Origin: Eledone cirrhosa
Lineage: Eukaryota
Direction of reading: 5' to 3'
DNA length: 64,000 nt
Assembly (NCBI GenBank): GCA_964016885.1
Contig: OZ024749.1
Span: forward strand, 3,038,001-3,102,000
Position numbers and translations under genes: made by a program. Below, in pieces: positions 43,682-58,815 of the stretch. Each line of letters opens with the position of its first letter. The stretch's first letter is position 1. Below the pieces are notes generated by a model, which ran no database searches, had not been told where the DNA came from, and saw nothing but the letters and a program-made list of their open reading frames with translations.

Positions 43682-43785
43682 GTGAAGACGTGTTACTTAC
43701 TGGTTAAGGTTTTCGGCTCACGATCATGATGTTTTAACGATGTGTTGTCTATAAACAAGACAGTTTATTCCACGTTGCTCCAGTT
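43682..43785 (+). mobile_element. SINE S2, diverged
   Basis: gtgaagacgtg..tggttaagg...tgtgttgtctataaacaagacagtttattccacgttgctcc. Confidence 0.6.
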
Positions 43786-43964
43786 GTACCAGTAATCTAA
43801 AAAAAACAGACTTTTCATAGACTCTATCACACTGAATCTTTTCTAGAATTACATCACACCTAAACATGATGTGGGTAACTGAGGCTCACAGGCTTATTCT
43901 CCGACCAGTGTGTGACATTGCTTGAACAACTGAACCAATCAATATTGGAACCGACGACGGACAA

Positions 43965-44805
43965 TTCACACACACACATATATAAACGCATAAATACACA
44001 CACAAACACACATACATAAACACACAAACACACACACACATATATACATAAACACAGAAACACACACATAAACACACACACACATACATAAATACATAAA
44101 CCCATACACAACCACACATTCATAAACACTCATAAACACACACATACGTACATACACACACACACATACACACACAAACACACATACATAATCGCACAAA
44201 CACACATATACATACATAAACGCACAAACACACAAACATACATACATACATGCATAAACACATAAACACACACATACAAACACAGAAACTCACACACCCA
44301 TACATAAACACACACACATACACATACAGACACACACATCAATGCACACCCACATCAGCTGAAACGCATACACACACATGCGAAAACACACACTCACATA
44401 AACAAACACACACACTTACACACATACACACACTCACACACACACATACACACACACACACACTCACAAACACACACATACACTCACATACACTCACATA
44501 AACAAACACACACACGCACAGACGCACACATACACCCCCCACACACACCCCACACACACACACTCACATAAACAAACACACACGCACACATACACACTCA
44601 CAAACACACACACTCGCACGCACACGTACACATACTCGCACGCACACACTCGCACACACACACTCTCACACAAACACACACACGCACACTGACATAAACA
44701 AACACACACACATTCACAGACACACTCTCATACACACATGCACACACACACACAGAGAAACACACACAGACACAAACACCCACACATACTCACATTCACA
44801 CATAC
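43965..44805. repeat. Degenerate CA-rich low-complexity tract
   Basis: Directly visible. Confidence 0.95.
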
Positions 44806-46967
44806 GATTCTAGATATTTCTAGTTCGTTGCTTTTTAAAGTCTTCCTTCATTCATCTTCTATTCCCTCTTTTTTCTTGTAGACGCTAGAAAATGCTGGGA
44901 TTATTTACTGTATATAAAACAACCATTGCTGTTATGTCTGTATTCCTATTTTGACTAACACAGGCCAGCCAGAAGCAATAATATTGATTATATTTTACAG
45001 CTTTTAGTACTAGTCCTCTGAGCCAGTGCAGTAAGATTGATATATCCATTTATGACCAGGTTTGTCGAGAATTGGCCATGCAGTGTATTTGTGGTAATTA
45101 TGATCTTCCTGTATTGGCTTTTGAGGCGGTTTATACTAAATGCTGTCATTATTGTTTTCCTGTCTAGTCCTGATATTTCACTTAGCTTCCAGTTGAGAAT
45201 ATTACAGTTATATGTTATTACTGGTAAAACTTACATTATTGATATCTATTACTTTCTTTTTAGCATTTAGTTCAATTTTATGTATTAACCTAATGCGTCT
45301 ATAATATCGCTTCATAAATATTTATCTTTCATCTACGTGTATATAGTACTCTGTCTATTTCATTGATCTCTCTCTATTTCTTTACTGTCATTTCTATATT
45401 CGGTCTATGCTTCTTTACATCACATGATATTTTTGTTTTCATTTGTATTAACTTTCTCCTCGCCATGTTTGATTTGGGACGCATTAAAAATAAATAAACA
45501 CACTAACGAAATGTCATGCTAATTTCACAGCTAAACCATGTACCGTATGTAACAGTATTTCCACTTACCTACCATATGTGGCAGACAGCTTCTGCTTATG
45601 CATATACAGGATGTTCATCACTGCAACATCATAGATTATGTATCAGCATATTTGGTTTATCATGTTGGTTAACAGTTTATAAGCGGGGAAACAGAGTTGA
45701 TAATACAGTGATTCTCAGTATAGAATCTTTCCTTCAATATGTGTATGTATTTCATTTCTGTTTTTGTATGTACGATACTTTATGTGAGATCGTATGTTCA
45801 AATAAATATTATAGTACATTTGGGTGGTCAGAATGCGAATACAAACACCGCACACTTTTGGTTTTCATTTTAAATTTATTAAGCGAGTATATTAATAGTT
45901 AATTAACTACCCTTTCAATTCATTTGCTTCTCCAAGTTCTGTCGCAACACTCTGTGATATTTACGGTGAATATGTATCTAGTTTCTATCTGCAGTATGAC
46001 GACTGCATAGTACAACGACGCATTGGCTTCGTTTTGGCAAGTCCTATACATTTGCAGAGGATCAGTGAAATCCCATTCTAAACAGTTACTCTGTGCTAGA
46101 TACATTTGCTCATTTTTGTAACATCTTTACTCATAGTAACTACTTTCCAACGCCAAGGTCTATTTGGTTATTAGCTCAGTAAATGTATACAAAGAACACT
46201 TATTGCATTTTGGCTGAGAATTGAGGGGAGGAATCGAAACAATTTCAACGAACTCTCAGTCTGAGACAATCATTAGCCAGGAAGACTATGTGCAGCTGCA
46301 CATTCTTATTCTAGGTTGCATATGTGGGCCTAACTGATTACAAAAGACAGGCAGTTGCCTATACAACTGATTCAGCCGTCCCTTGACAGTGATGATGGCC
46401 AAAGAAGAGCAAAGCCCAATCAGATCGACCCCAGTGTCGTCGGAAGTAAATTTAGAATGTAAACAGAAGAAATATATACGAGAATATATTGGATAAGGGT
46501 TTCTATGTATGTATGGATCCGTAACACATGGGGGTGTCGTTGGTGCGTCCAAGTGATATACGGCGTATCGTAGGCATTAATCAATATAGATCTGGTAGAG
46601 AACACCAATCTCCCGCTCAGAATACAGCTGATTTCTTCCAGAGAAATAACGAGACTAGTAAAGAAGAAGCCAGGAAAATATATAGGACAAATCTAGCCCC
46701 AAATGGGAGTGGTATGTTTTTATCAATCTCGAATGGATGAAAGGTGGGATTAGCTGTTGTGATATGTGAACTCAGTGAGCAAACAGCAAGAATGAATAAC
46801 GTAAATTATTCTAGATGATATTTTAACGACTCCGCCAATTAACCCACTCTATGGTGTTCTAATGACATTCTGACAACTCCGCCAATTCTATGGTGTTCTA
46901 GCACCTATGCTAATCATTCAGTTTCGCCAGCGCCTATATTTTATCGACCCTCAAATCATTAATGAAA

Positions 46968-47068
46968 TAATTGTTTCTACTTTAGGCACAAGGCCAGCAA
47001 TTACCCAGTGCATTACTGGTACTTTATTTTATCGACCCCGTAAGGATGAAAGGCAAAGTCAACCTCGA
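46968..47068 (-). mobile_element. SINE S1, 3' part
   Basis: Core and tail match. Confidence 0.85.
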
Positions 47069-47521
47069 TGATCGGTGTCGTTTGAATTCAAGACCTAAAA
47101 TCCGGAACAAACGACACAAAGTATTTCGTTCTATGCTTTACGAATACTCCCATATTGCTTTCAGTTAAACAGGAAAAGAAAAGCGGTAAAGGATAACTGA
47201 CTAGTTACTTGTTCCCTACAGGTACAGGTACATCCTTTTAAAGGACATATGGAAGGAAGCGAAAGAGAAAACATAGCAGAACATTTGTATAAATTGTGAA
47301 AAAGTAAAAATTGTGAAAAGTATAAATTGTGAAAAAGTAAAGAAAAAACCGTTAACACCTGATAAAGACGTAGAGGCGACGTCCTAACATAGAGTTTTCC
47401 ATGACACCGTATTTTAAATCCAACTGTTGCTTCAATAATATAGAATTTGAAATGAATCAGTAATAATTTCCGAGGAATCACAAATGAAACAAATACATTT
47501 AACCATAATAATATCAATAAT

Positions 47522-48465
47522 ATTACTAACTAACAGCAGTACCCAGCGTTGCCTGGGTAGGTAGAATAATATCTGCTTTGATGAAAAGGTGTTGATCTTA
47601 GCGGCTGCGAGTTTCTTGAAAATCGGACCTAAGGTGTAGCACATAGCGAAATGTTAAGTGAAATCGTATGGAATATGTGGGAGGTGGAAAAAATCGTATT
47701 TTGATTAGTTAAACGGCTGCCACGCCGCCCCTGAACAAAAAGTACAAAGTGTAAAGCTAATATAAGATCTACAATGATAGGTTTTATCGTAGTATAAAAT
47801 TTGAACCAAATAAATTGATTTATGTGTGAAGTGGAGCCGAAGTTTCGAATTTGAACAAAATCGGTTGAAAAATGTGGGAGCTAGAGCCGAATATGCGGAA
47901 ATTTAAACGAAAAGGTGGTATTTCCAAATATTTAGCGGCTGCCACGCCGTTCCTGAACAAAAAATCCAAAATGTAAAGCCACTTTAAGACGTGAAATAAT
48001 CAGATCTAGCATAGTGTAAAATTTGAATAAAGTAGATTGATTAATGTGGGATCTAGAGCCGAAAAAGTGGAAATTAAGTCTAAAAGTGGTATTTTTGAAT
48101 ATTTAAGCTGCTGCCACGCCGTACCCGAATAACACATCCAGAATATATAGCCATTACAGGATGTGCAATGATAAATTCTATTTTGCTTTAAAATTTGAAC
48201 GAAATCGGTTGTAAAATGCGGGAGCTAGAGCCAAAAATCTTATGTTCGATACCTAAAAAAAAAGGAGAACCGCTATCGACTTTTATCTGCAGAATGCTTC
48301 CAGAATAAAATAATAACGATACGCTGATATATAGAAAACACTCCGCGATGAATAATCTATGAACCTGTAAAGTTTCATGAAAATCAGTCGTAAGATGTGA
48401 CTCCCTATAGGTAATACACAGACACACAGACACACACACATACTTAATTTTATATATATACAGAT
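47522..48465 (+). mobile_element. Non-autonomous Helentron/DINE-1-like element with internal ~175-220-bp repeats
   Basis: 5' hairpin tacccag-cgttgc-ctgggta (47540-47559); repeated gctgccacgccg / aaaatttgaa / gggagctagagcc units; core aagtttcatgaaaatc; (CAGA/CA)n; end ttttatatatatacagat. Confidence 0.7.
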
Positions 48466-48650
48466 AATAACTAATGGGATTCATTTCATTCCAAGGAACC
48501 CCACAGTTGTCTTCATTCTCCATTTACTTTACATATATAGTAATATTCTTTAAAGTCATCATACTGATGTGAACAGCAAATATCGTATTCGTATATATAT
48601 ATATATAAATATGTATACGTACTACATATATGTATACAGGCGTACAGTAG

Positions 48651-48700
<50 letters not shown>

Positions 48701-49041
48701 CTACTGTACGCCTGTATACATATATGTAGTACGTATACATATTTATATATATATATATACGAATACGATATTTGCTGTTCACATCAGTATGATGACTTTA
48801 AAGAATATTACTATATATGTAAAGTAAATGGAGAATGAAGACAACTGTGGGGTTCCTTGGAATGAAATGAATCCCATTAGTTATTATCTGTATATATATA
48901 AAATTAGGTATGTGTGTGTGTCTGTGTGTCTGTGTATTACCTATAGGGAGTCACATCTTACGACTGATTTTCATGAAACTTTACAGGTTCATAGATTATT
49001 CATCGCGGAGTGTTTTCTATATACCAGCGTATCGTTATTAT
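48310..49041. repeat. ~730-bp near-perfect palindrome centred on (TA)n
   Basis: Mirror ORFs 48513-48782(-) and 48569-48838(+) are identical; the arms differ at only a few positions. Confidence 0.97.
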
Positions 49042-49121
<80 letters not shown>

Positions 49122-49125
<4 letters not shown>

Positions 49126-49703
49126 GTATAGATTCACCGAACATTTATTATAATGCTCGGTGTGTTTGTAAACAAACATCCCGAATTAAGCCGTAGTGTC
49201 CAGCTAATAGGCAAACAAAACGTAACACACTTGTACAGGCATCGCAACCCACCAATAATGCCAAAGTTGCCCATGACAAGAATTGTAACTGCCACCTCCC
49301 TGAAACCTGTCCATTACATAATTAATGTATGCAGTCTAACCTGGTTTACCAATGCACAGACAACCAGAAATGGTATTACATCGGAGCGACTGGGAATACA
49401 TTTAAAGCCCGTTGGTATACACACCGTTACGCAATGAAACATTCCCAGCATCGTTATGTAAGTACCCTTGCAAACAAGATCTGGCAACTGAGGGAAAGTA
49501 ACCATCAATACACCCTGAAGTGGAAACAATTATCGAACGCGCGCCCATATCGGAGTGGTATGAGAAGCTGTCGATTATGCGACCTTGAGCTGTTCCACAT
49601 CTTGAGTTCGAAGAATAAGTTACTCAACAATAAAATCGAAAGATCAATTTATTGTAACCATAGACTCAAAGAGATGTTTTCGCACTGCAAATCGAACCCT
49701 TAA
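49122..49703 (+). pseudogene. PLE C-terminal GIY-YIG endonuclease fragment, 5'-truncated at (TA)n
   Basis: NCNCHLPETCPLHN*CMQSNLVYQC..YYIGATGNTFKARWYTH..STLANKIWQL..WK..ARPY..CRLCDLE..LLN..CNH. Confidence 0.9.
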
Positions 49704-50419
49704 CCTCTTACTACCAACTGACAAACTGCATATACTTAGACTTTATACCCTCTTGTTGTATTTAAACCCTTTTAATTACCCACACAACCAATGCATATAT
49801 CCCTCTCTTCTCCATCATTCCCCTTCTATTTCTTCGTTTTCTTCCTTCCTTCCCTCCCCTTCTTGGCTATCTTTTCTTTTCTTCTTTCTCACCACCTTCA
49901 TTGCTTTTATTTTTGTCATTATTATCTTTATCTTTATTTTTTTATATATATATATATATCTTTATATCTCCCCCCTCTCTCTCTCCCTCTCTATCCCTCC
50001 CTTCCACTATGATCAATTTAATTCTCTTTAACTCACTACATTCCATTGACCAAAGCATCCTCCCACCTCTACCCCTCCCCCCCATCTCAGTTTGTCACTC
50101 TACTTCCTACCTCTTCCCACTTCCTCTCTCTTCATACTATTCCGTTTGTCCCCTCACCTTCTGATTCCTCTCTCTCTATACTAGTAAATACAATTCCAAA
50201 TAAATGTGTTTCTCTCTATATATTAAGAATTATTTCAAGAGTAACTTACTATTTTGAAAATGTAGACTGTGAACAACAATTATAATTGAGTGGCTGCTAT
50301 TTGCAGTATAGCAATATAAGGTAGCACTTACCAATGTAACGGTCGTAAATACATGGATAAAATCCTTCTCTTAATGCTTACCTGTGTTTTCCCTTTTATA
50401 CTATATATATATATATATG

Positions 50420-50453
<34 letters not shown>

Positions 50454-50935
50454 CATACATATGTGTGTGTGTGTAAGTGTGTGTCCTCGTGCCTGTGTGT
50501 GTGTGTGTTTGTATGTGAGTGTGTGAGTATACACTTCTTAGTTTCTATTTGTTTTGCAAGAATTTTGATGGGAAAAAGTGAGTTAGAACAGTTAACGTTA
50601 CACCATTGAAATGTGTCGGACGGCAAATGGTTGATGAACCGTGTGGCAGCAGATACTGACCAGAACTGGTGATGACGAGGAGTCGAAACAGCCAATGGCA
50701 TTACAAGAGTGGACAGAGGGTTTTTTTAGGGTGTTGTTTTGATGATAACACCCCAGTGATTAAATTTGCTCCAGACATAACGCCCGTGTCTGAAAGAACC
50801 CGCAGAAGTAGAATCGGCCAGATCCATACAAGGACCATGACTCGAGCTACATGCCGGCGAAACATTTGTAACACGAAATAAACACGAAATAAACTAAGCA
50901 TCACTGATTTTTCGTTTTCTTTATAATATATATAT

Positions 50936-51075
50936 AACAAAGGAATTGTGGTAAGGAACCAGATGGACCATAACACACCAGAGTACTCAATACTTAGGGT
51001 AGTAGAATGGAATATAGAGTGGGAAACATCGAAATGGCTTGAGCTCTGCCGTCGGGGTCATACTTTTTTTTCCTA
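50936..51075. mobile_element. Family A element with internal inversion
   Basis: Same fusion geometry as 7708-7822. Confidence 0.78.
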
Positions 51076-51771
51076 TATTTATATATATATGAAAAGAAAC
51101 TTATAGAGGAAGTGAGAGTGGAAGAGTGCAAGATTACGATTAGAGACTTAATCCCTTGTTGACGCCAGAAAATTAGTATAAACAGCTTGTAAATATTTTC
51201 CGGACCATGAAACGTGTAAGATGCAGGAATGTACTTTACGAAATACACCAGGCGTAAAAAACTTCGACTATAAAATGTGTGGGAGAGGTGACAATCTCAT
51301 GAATATAATCTCCATATAAAGTAGGCTGACTGATGAACAACAAGGAATATATGTCAGATTAAATACAAACTTTATTCTTCAGTTGTTTATTTAAAATCTG
51401 TTTTCACAGACTCGAACTAGATGTACAAATGTCTTTATTTTGTCACTTACATTTTTAAGACAATAAGTCAATGATTTAAAGTACATTTCGTTTCTATTTC
51501 TAGCAGTTGCGCCAACAGTGTGTTGAGGCGATTATTACAATAACCTTTTCAACATTCAAATAGCCAACCTTTTACAAATGACTATATATTTTAAAATGGA
51601 AAATTTACGATACTAGGAAACGTTGCGGCCCCTGAGTTTCTGGCTGCTCTTTCTAGGGTGCTTCACTTGCATTTCATCTACCGTCTCTCTCTCTCTCTCT
51701 CCCTCTTTCTCTCTCTCTCCCTCTCCCTCTCTCCCTCTCTCTTTCTCTCTCCCTCTCTCTCTCTCTCTCTT

Positions 51772-51844
<73 letters not shown>

Positions 51845-51887
51845 CCGTCACACCTCACGCGCTTTCTATAGTATTATATTATCTAAC

Positions 51888-51989
51888 GAGGTTAACTTTG
51901 CCTTTCATCCTTACGGGGTCGATAAAATAAAGTACCAGTAATACACTGGGTAATTTGCTGGCCTTGTGCCTAACGTAGAAACAATTATT
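51888..51989 (+). mobile_element. SINE S1, 3' part
   Basis: Core and tail match. Confidence 0.85.
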
Positions 51990-52966
51990 TTGTAGTATAT
52001 TATATTATATTATTTATCTTCATACACGGACAAAAGCTCTACCCAAGGCTTAAAGGCAAGATATTGACCACATCCCAGATTTTAAGAGGGATCAAGTTGT
52101 GATCTGCAGGCACTTAAGTCACTTTCTTTTCCATTAAATAAAAAGAGTTCTACTCTAGAACAGGGTTCGCTTCTCCATCTCTTTCTCATTTCCACTTTCT
52201 ATCATTCTCTAGACGAAATCTGCGGCTTTCAAACCAGGAGAGATATGGATATCACCAGGTTTAAAACTGCCCTAGAACCCCCGTATGTCAATACGGGTTA
52301 ATTCAAGTTTTCATTTGAAATGCATATGGCTATGAAACTAATTTTATCTTATATTATTTGCATTGAGATATAAGAACATTTAGTAGTAATCATAAAAAAG
52401 AAAGAATGTGTAATATTTACCTTGAATTTGTAGAAATCTCATCTATTTGCATTGATGTGGTAATTAAAGGGAATTCCTTGTTGCTGATATTTGGGCCAAT
52501 CTGAAATTCTTAGGGGGAAATCTAGCTTTTGTTTAGAGGTAAAAAATATTTAAAGGGAACTCGTCGTCTGTTAATTGGCCGATAATTAAACGAAATGTCA
52601 AGATGAATTTGGTGATATGTCATTAATTACTTTCTATCTTGTTTCTTTTGCTCTTTGCTTCCTATTTTTGCCTTAGACACATCTGATACATTTCTAGGCT
52701 GTCACAAATAGGTAGTTTTTGATTTTATTAAATAAGTCTGAAAATCTGTTTTCGTAGTTGATCTTATTAGTTTATATAGGTTTCTGTATATATACGAGGG
52801 CCAGTCAAAAAAGTATTTCCATTTGTTTTATTGCAACAAAAATATAGATCACATCCTATTCATCAACCTAGCCAGCACCATTTACCAAAGCATCCTACCA
52901 CCTTCGAATAGCTTTGAATTTAATCCTAATTATGTTTTGCATCCGTGTGCGCGTATTATATTTATT

Positions 52967-53398
52967 TGTATGTAAATAATTATTTCTACATTTTGCACAA
53001 GGCCAGCAAAATCCCACTGCATTACTGGTACGTTATTTTATTGACTGTATGTAAATAATTATTTCTACATTTGGCACAAGGCCAACAATTACTCCTGTGC
53101 ATTGTGCATTACTGGTACTTTATTTTATCGACTGTATGTAAATATTTGTTTCTACATTTGGCACAAGGCCAGCAATTAACCAGTGCATTACTGCTACTTT
53201 ATTTTATCGATTGTATGTAAATAATTGTTTCTACTTTAGGCACAAGGCCAGCATTTCCCCAGTACATTACTGGTACTTTATTTTATCGACCCCGTAAGGA
53301 TGAAAGGCATAGTTAACCTCGGCGGGATTTCAACTCAGACCGTAAAGGGACGTAACTATGCTGGAAAGCATGGCGTCAGACTCTACCGATACGGCCAA
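52967..53398 (-). mobile_element. SINE S1 with its 3' ~80 bp tandemly amplified four times
   Basis: Units tgtatgtaaata..tttctac.tt.ggcacaaggcca..cattactggtactttatttta start at ~52967, 53046, 53133 and 53212. Confidence 0.88.
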
Positions 53399-53585
53399 CA
53401 TAATTATTTTCAGGCTGAAGCCTTTTCCGTCGACGTTCCATATTTTTCAACTTGGATTCGTTTGGTTTATTTCTTTACTAACTTGAGTATTTTCTTGAGT
53501 ATTATTTTTTGGGCTGATTTATTGTTGTGTTGTACGAACTAGACTTCTCGAGGGGCTGCATCACGTCATCTAGGTGGATAGATTG

Positions 53586-54129
53586 ATGTTTAAAGTCGAG
53601 AGGTATCGGGAAGAGGTGGTCCATGGCCTATTACGTGATGGGGTTTATGTTTAAAATCGAGAGGTAACAGGAAGAGGTGGTGCATGGCCTATTACGTGAT
53701 GGGGTTTATGTTTAAAATCGAGAGGTAACAGGAAGAGGTGGTACGTAGCCTAATACGTGATGGGGTTTATGTTTAAAGTCTAGAGGTAACGGGAAGAAGT
53801 GGTGCATGTCCTATTACGTGATGGGGTTTATGTTTAAAGTCGCGAGGTAACGGGAAGAAGTGGTGCATGTCCTATTACGTGATGGGGTTTATGTTTAAAG
53901 TCGCGAGGTAACGGGAAGAGGTGATGCATGTCCTATTACGTGATGGGGTTTATGTTTAAAGTCGCGAGGTAACGGGAAGAGGTGATGCATGTCCTATTAC
54001 GTGATGGGGTTTATGTTTAAAGTCGCGAGGTAACGGGAAGAGGTGATGCATGTCCTATTACGTGATGGGGTTTATGTTTAAAGTCGCGAGGTAACGGGAA
54101 GAGGTGATGCATAGCCTATTACGTGATGG
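53586..54129. repeat. 61-bp minisatellite, ~9 copies
   Basis: Unit atgtttaaagtcgcgaggtaacgggaagaggtgatgcatgtcctattacgtgatggggttt. Confidence 0.97.
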
Positions 54130-54340
54130 AGCTTTAGTGACTTCAGGTAACAATAATACAGTCCGTATGCCGAGTATAGAAAGATGAGTGGTCTGTGTTT
54201 CAAGAGCCGAATTTGGAAGATTGACGTCAGTTTGGTTACGCAGGAGTCATGAGACTGGCATTTGGTTTAGGGTCTTTTCTGATGGTTTGTAGACTGATTG
54301 GAGCGATACGGTCATATTTATGCCCTACCCCCCACCCCCA

Positions 54341-54387
<47 letters not shown>

Positions 54388-54435
54388 ACGTGTGTATGTT
54401 TATGTCTGTGTCTCTGATTGTAGGTTTGTGTTTGC

Positions 54436-54469
<34 letters not shown>

Positions 54470-54486
54470 GCTTCGTAGAATCAAGA

Positions 54487-54578
54487 CGTATCTGAGAACT
54501 TTGCGATTTTCAGAGTCAGGTTCGATCATCACATCGATCATGCCTCTAGGTGGTCGCCAGAGAAACGATTGTAATATG
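54487..54578 (+). ncRNA. Hammerhead-like motif, CTGAGAA core, long stem II
   Basis: cgtat-CTGAGAA-ctttgcga...tcgccaga-GAAAC-GATT-GTA-atatg. Confidence 0.58.
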
Positions 54579-54732
54579 TCCAATAAATTCCATTCGTCGC
54601 AACACTCATTCTCTTGTTATTTGATATCATACTCTGCTCTATGAGAGCATCGAGTGCTCATACGGCCTACCGCATATGGACGCTTTAAGCATCCAACAAC
54701 AATTATATATATATATATATATATATATTTCA

Positions 54733-54781
<49 letters not shown>

Positions 54782-55133
54782 CTTATTTCCTAATGTTTGT
54801 TGAGTGAGTTGGAATTTGGCCGGAGTATCGCTAAAAAGCTTTCTCCGATATTGTATTTATTTATTTACTCTTGGCGCAGCAGATTTGAAAAAAATCCCGG
54901 TATAAGGTTAGCATTTCTTTGTTTATTTTTTATATATGAATATTGATTGTTCCTTATATCTCATTCTGTTATTTTGCCCGAGAAAATATCTGTGTGTGTC
55001 ATCAAATGTTGTACACACATAGATATTTTTTCAATTTGTTACAAAAGATTTATTTCATATGAGAGAATTAATTCTGTGAGAGAACATCGTTATATTTTCT
55101 CCCTCATATCAAGAATTTGAAGACAATTCATTT

Positions 55134-55207
55134 TCACCTGATGAGAACACTGATAATTGATCATGGCTTCACAATCGATCTATCTCTTATTGAAACATGT
55201 GTCGTGA
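55134..55207 (+). ncRNA. Type I hammerhead
   Basis: tcac-CTGATGA-...-GAAAC-ATGT-GTC-gtga. Confidence 0.72.
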
Positions 55208-55387
55208 TTAAATGATTGGAATTTTACCTTGCCTTCGGATTTACATTTTGATACATATACTCCGTTTTACATCATCTAGCTGTTCGCTCGAATGGAATTG
55301 GAGATATACAAAAGGGTGGAGAACTTAATATTGCTAACATAAAGTTATTGGAACATTTTACACAACCAATATTGCACCTTACTATAT

Positions 55388-55485
<98 letters not shown>

Positions 55486-55498
55486 ACATATATATATA

Positions 55499-55639
55499 CA
55501 GTCCAGAAATAGACGTCGAAATGGCTTTAGCTCTGCCGTCAGGGTCATACTTTTTCCTATTATCCACTCTACTACCCTAAGTATTGAGTACTCTCGTGCG
55601 TTATGGTCCATCTGGTTCCTTACCACATCTCCTTCGTTA

Positions 55640-55640
<1 letters not shown>
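55499..55640 (+). mobile_element. Family A element
   Basis: cagtccagaaatagacgtcgaaatggctttagctctgccgtcaggg...tattgagtac...ccttcgtta. Confidence 0.85.
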
Positions 55641-55698
<58 letters not shown>

Positions 55699-56029
55699 TT
55701 CGAATTTGTGTTTGTTTTGCAAGATTCCTGTGGTGGAATCATATGAGGAAACACACATAGGAAAGTGTAACATGTAACATTAAAGTATGACTATATATTT
55801 TGTGTGTCTATTGAAGGAGATAAAACACTGCTGCGTAAGGAAGCACCCCCTCCCCAATCCCCGGAAAAGAGCCCCCTCAAAAAAATAAATAAATAAAACA
55901 ATGCGGAATAGTTTCATAGTCCGTTTTCTTTTTTCTGTGTGCAATATGTCAAATATGTAGTCTTGTATTATATTGGAACATCAAGATTTATATATATCTG
56001 TGGCTTGTTGATTTATTTCAGAAAAGGAC

Positions 56030-58050
56030 ACATAAACAGGCAGACACACACACATATATATATATACACACATACACACACATGACCACACACCCACATA
56101 CACATACATACACACATATACATACACACACACACACACATACACACACACACACACATACACACATATACACACACACACACACATACACACACATACA
56201 CACACACACACACGCACACTCAAACACACATACACACACCTACACACATACATACACACATACACGCACATACACATACACACACATACATACACACGCA
56301 CACACACATGCACTCAAACACACATACACCCACATACACACACACATACACACGCATACATACATACACACACACATATACACGCACATACATACACATA
56401 CATACGCATACACACACATACATACACACGCACACACACATACACTCAAACACTAACATACATACTCACACACACACACATCCGCTCAAACACTAACATA
56501 CATATTCACAAACACGCACACACACATACACACAAACACAAAAACAAACTCACATCCACACAAATAGACATACACACAAACACACACACAACCACACATG
56601 CACACACAAACACACAAATATACACACACATAGACACACATGCAAACAAACTAATATGTACGTATACACACACACAAACAGATACCGAGACACAAATAGA
56701 CAAATATACTCACACACATACTAACACACACAAACACACAAACATATATGTACAAACACACACACACTAATACACACATACACATACACACATACAAACA
56801 CAAGCACACAAACACAAGCACACCAGCACACAAACATATATGTACACACACGCAAACACAAGCACACAAGCACACAAACGCAAGCACACAAGCACCCAAA
56901 CATATATGTATACACACAAACACAAGCACAGAAACATATATGTACACACACACAAACACACAAGCACACAACATATATGTACACACACACACAAACACAA
57001 GCACACTAACATCTATGTACACACACACACACACACAAACACAATCACACAAGCACACAAACCAATATATACACACACACACAAACACACAACCATACAA
57101 GGACACACAGCTATATGCACACACACACACATAAACCTATACACACACACATACACACACAAGTACACAAGTTCACAAACCAATATGTACGCATACACAC
57201 AGACACATAAACACCCTCACACACAGCTATATGTACACACACACACAAAAAAACCTCTACACACACATACACACACACAAGCACACAAACATATATGTAC
57301 AGACACACACACAGAAACCTATATGTATACACACAAACACAAGCACAGAAACATATATGTACACACACACAAACACATAAGCACAGAAACATATATACAC
57401 ACACAAACACAAGCACACCAACATATATATACACACATACACAAACACAATCACACAAGCACACAAACCAATATACACACACACACATACACACACACAA
57501 ACACACAAGCATACAAGCACACGCAGCTATAAGGACGCACACACACATAAAACTATACACACACACATGCACATACAATTACACAAGCACACAAACATAT
57601 ATGTACACACACACACACACAAACACAAGCACACAAGCCCACAAACCAATATGTACGCACACACACACACACAAACGCATAAACACGCGCACTCACGGCT
57701 ATATGTACACACACACACACACACACACACATACACACGCACGCACAAACCTATACACACACAAACACACACGCACACAAGCACACAAGCACACAAACAC
57801 ATATGTACAGACACACACACAAACCTATACACACACAAACACACAAGCACTCAAACACATATGTACAGACACACACACAAACCTATACACACACAAACAC
57901 ACACAAGCACACAAACACACAAGCACACAAACATATATGTACAGACACACACACAAACACACACAAGCACACAAGCACACAGACATATATGTACACACAC
58001 ACAAACGCAAGCACACACAACTATATGTACACACACACACACACACATAA
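56030..58050. repeat. Long CA-rich complex satellite with recurring units (aagcacacaaacatatatgtacac)
   Basis: Directly visible. Confidence 0.93.
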
Positions 58051-58238
58051 AAAAGAAACATATAGTTGAAAAAATATTTGCTATATCTAACAAGGTTTAA
58101 ATAGTTATTAATCAAATACAGTTCAATATAATAAATGCTGTCAATGTAAAATACACAACGGTGACGTGTGTAGATAATACAGAGAACATCGTAGCTTGTT
58201 TACTTGTACAGGAATGCATCGAATCGAACATTCTTTGA

Positions 58239-58285
<47 letters not shown>

Positions 58286-58304
58286 TTCACACACACACAT
58301 ACTC

Positions 58305-58372
<68 letters not shown>

Positions 58373-58653
58373 GCATTCACACACACACACAAACTCATAT
58401 ATATATATATACACATACAAACACATATATATATATATATATAAATATATATTTATATATGTATATATACATACACACACACACACACACATATATATAT
58501 ATGCATACACAAACACACACACACATACACACATATATATATACATACACACACACATATATATATACATACACACACACACTCACATATATGTATACAT
58601 ACATACACAAACACATATGTATATATATATATATATATACATACACACATAAG

Positions 58654-58689
<36 letters not shown>

Positions 58690-58749
58690 CACACACAAAC
58701 ACACACCCAGAAATACAGACATAGACACACTTATATATAAATATTTGCA

Positions 58750-58815
<66 letters not shown>

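Noticed and set aside
45920-46552. Non-repetitive short ORFs as possible host exons
   Set aside because: They have no recognisable domain, there are stops in adjoining frames, and I saw no convincing splice context.
53586-54129. Possible CRISPR array
   Set aside because: The units are contiguous with no unique spacers, there are no cas genes, and the context is eukaryotic.
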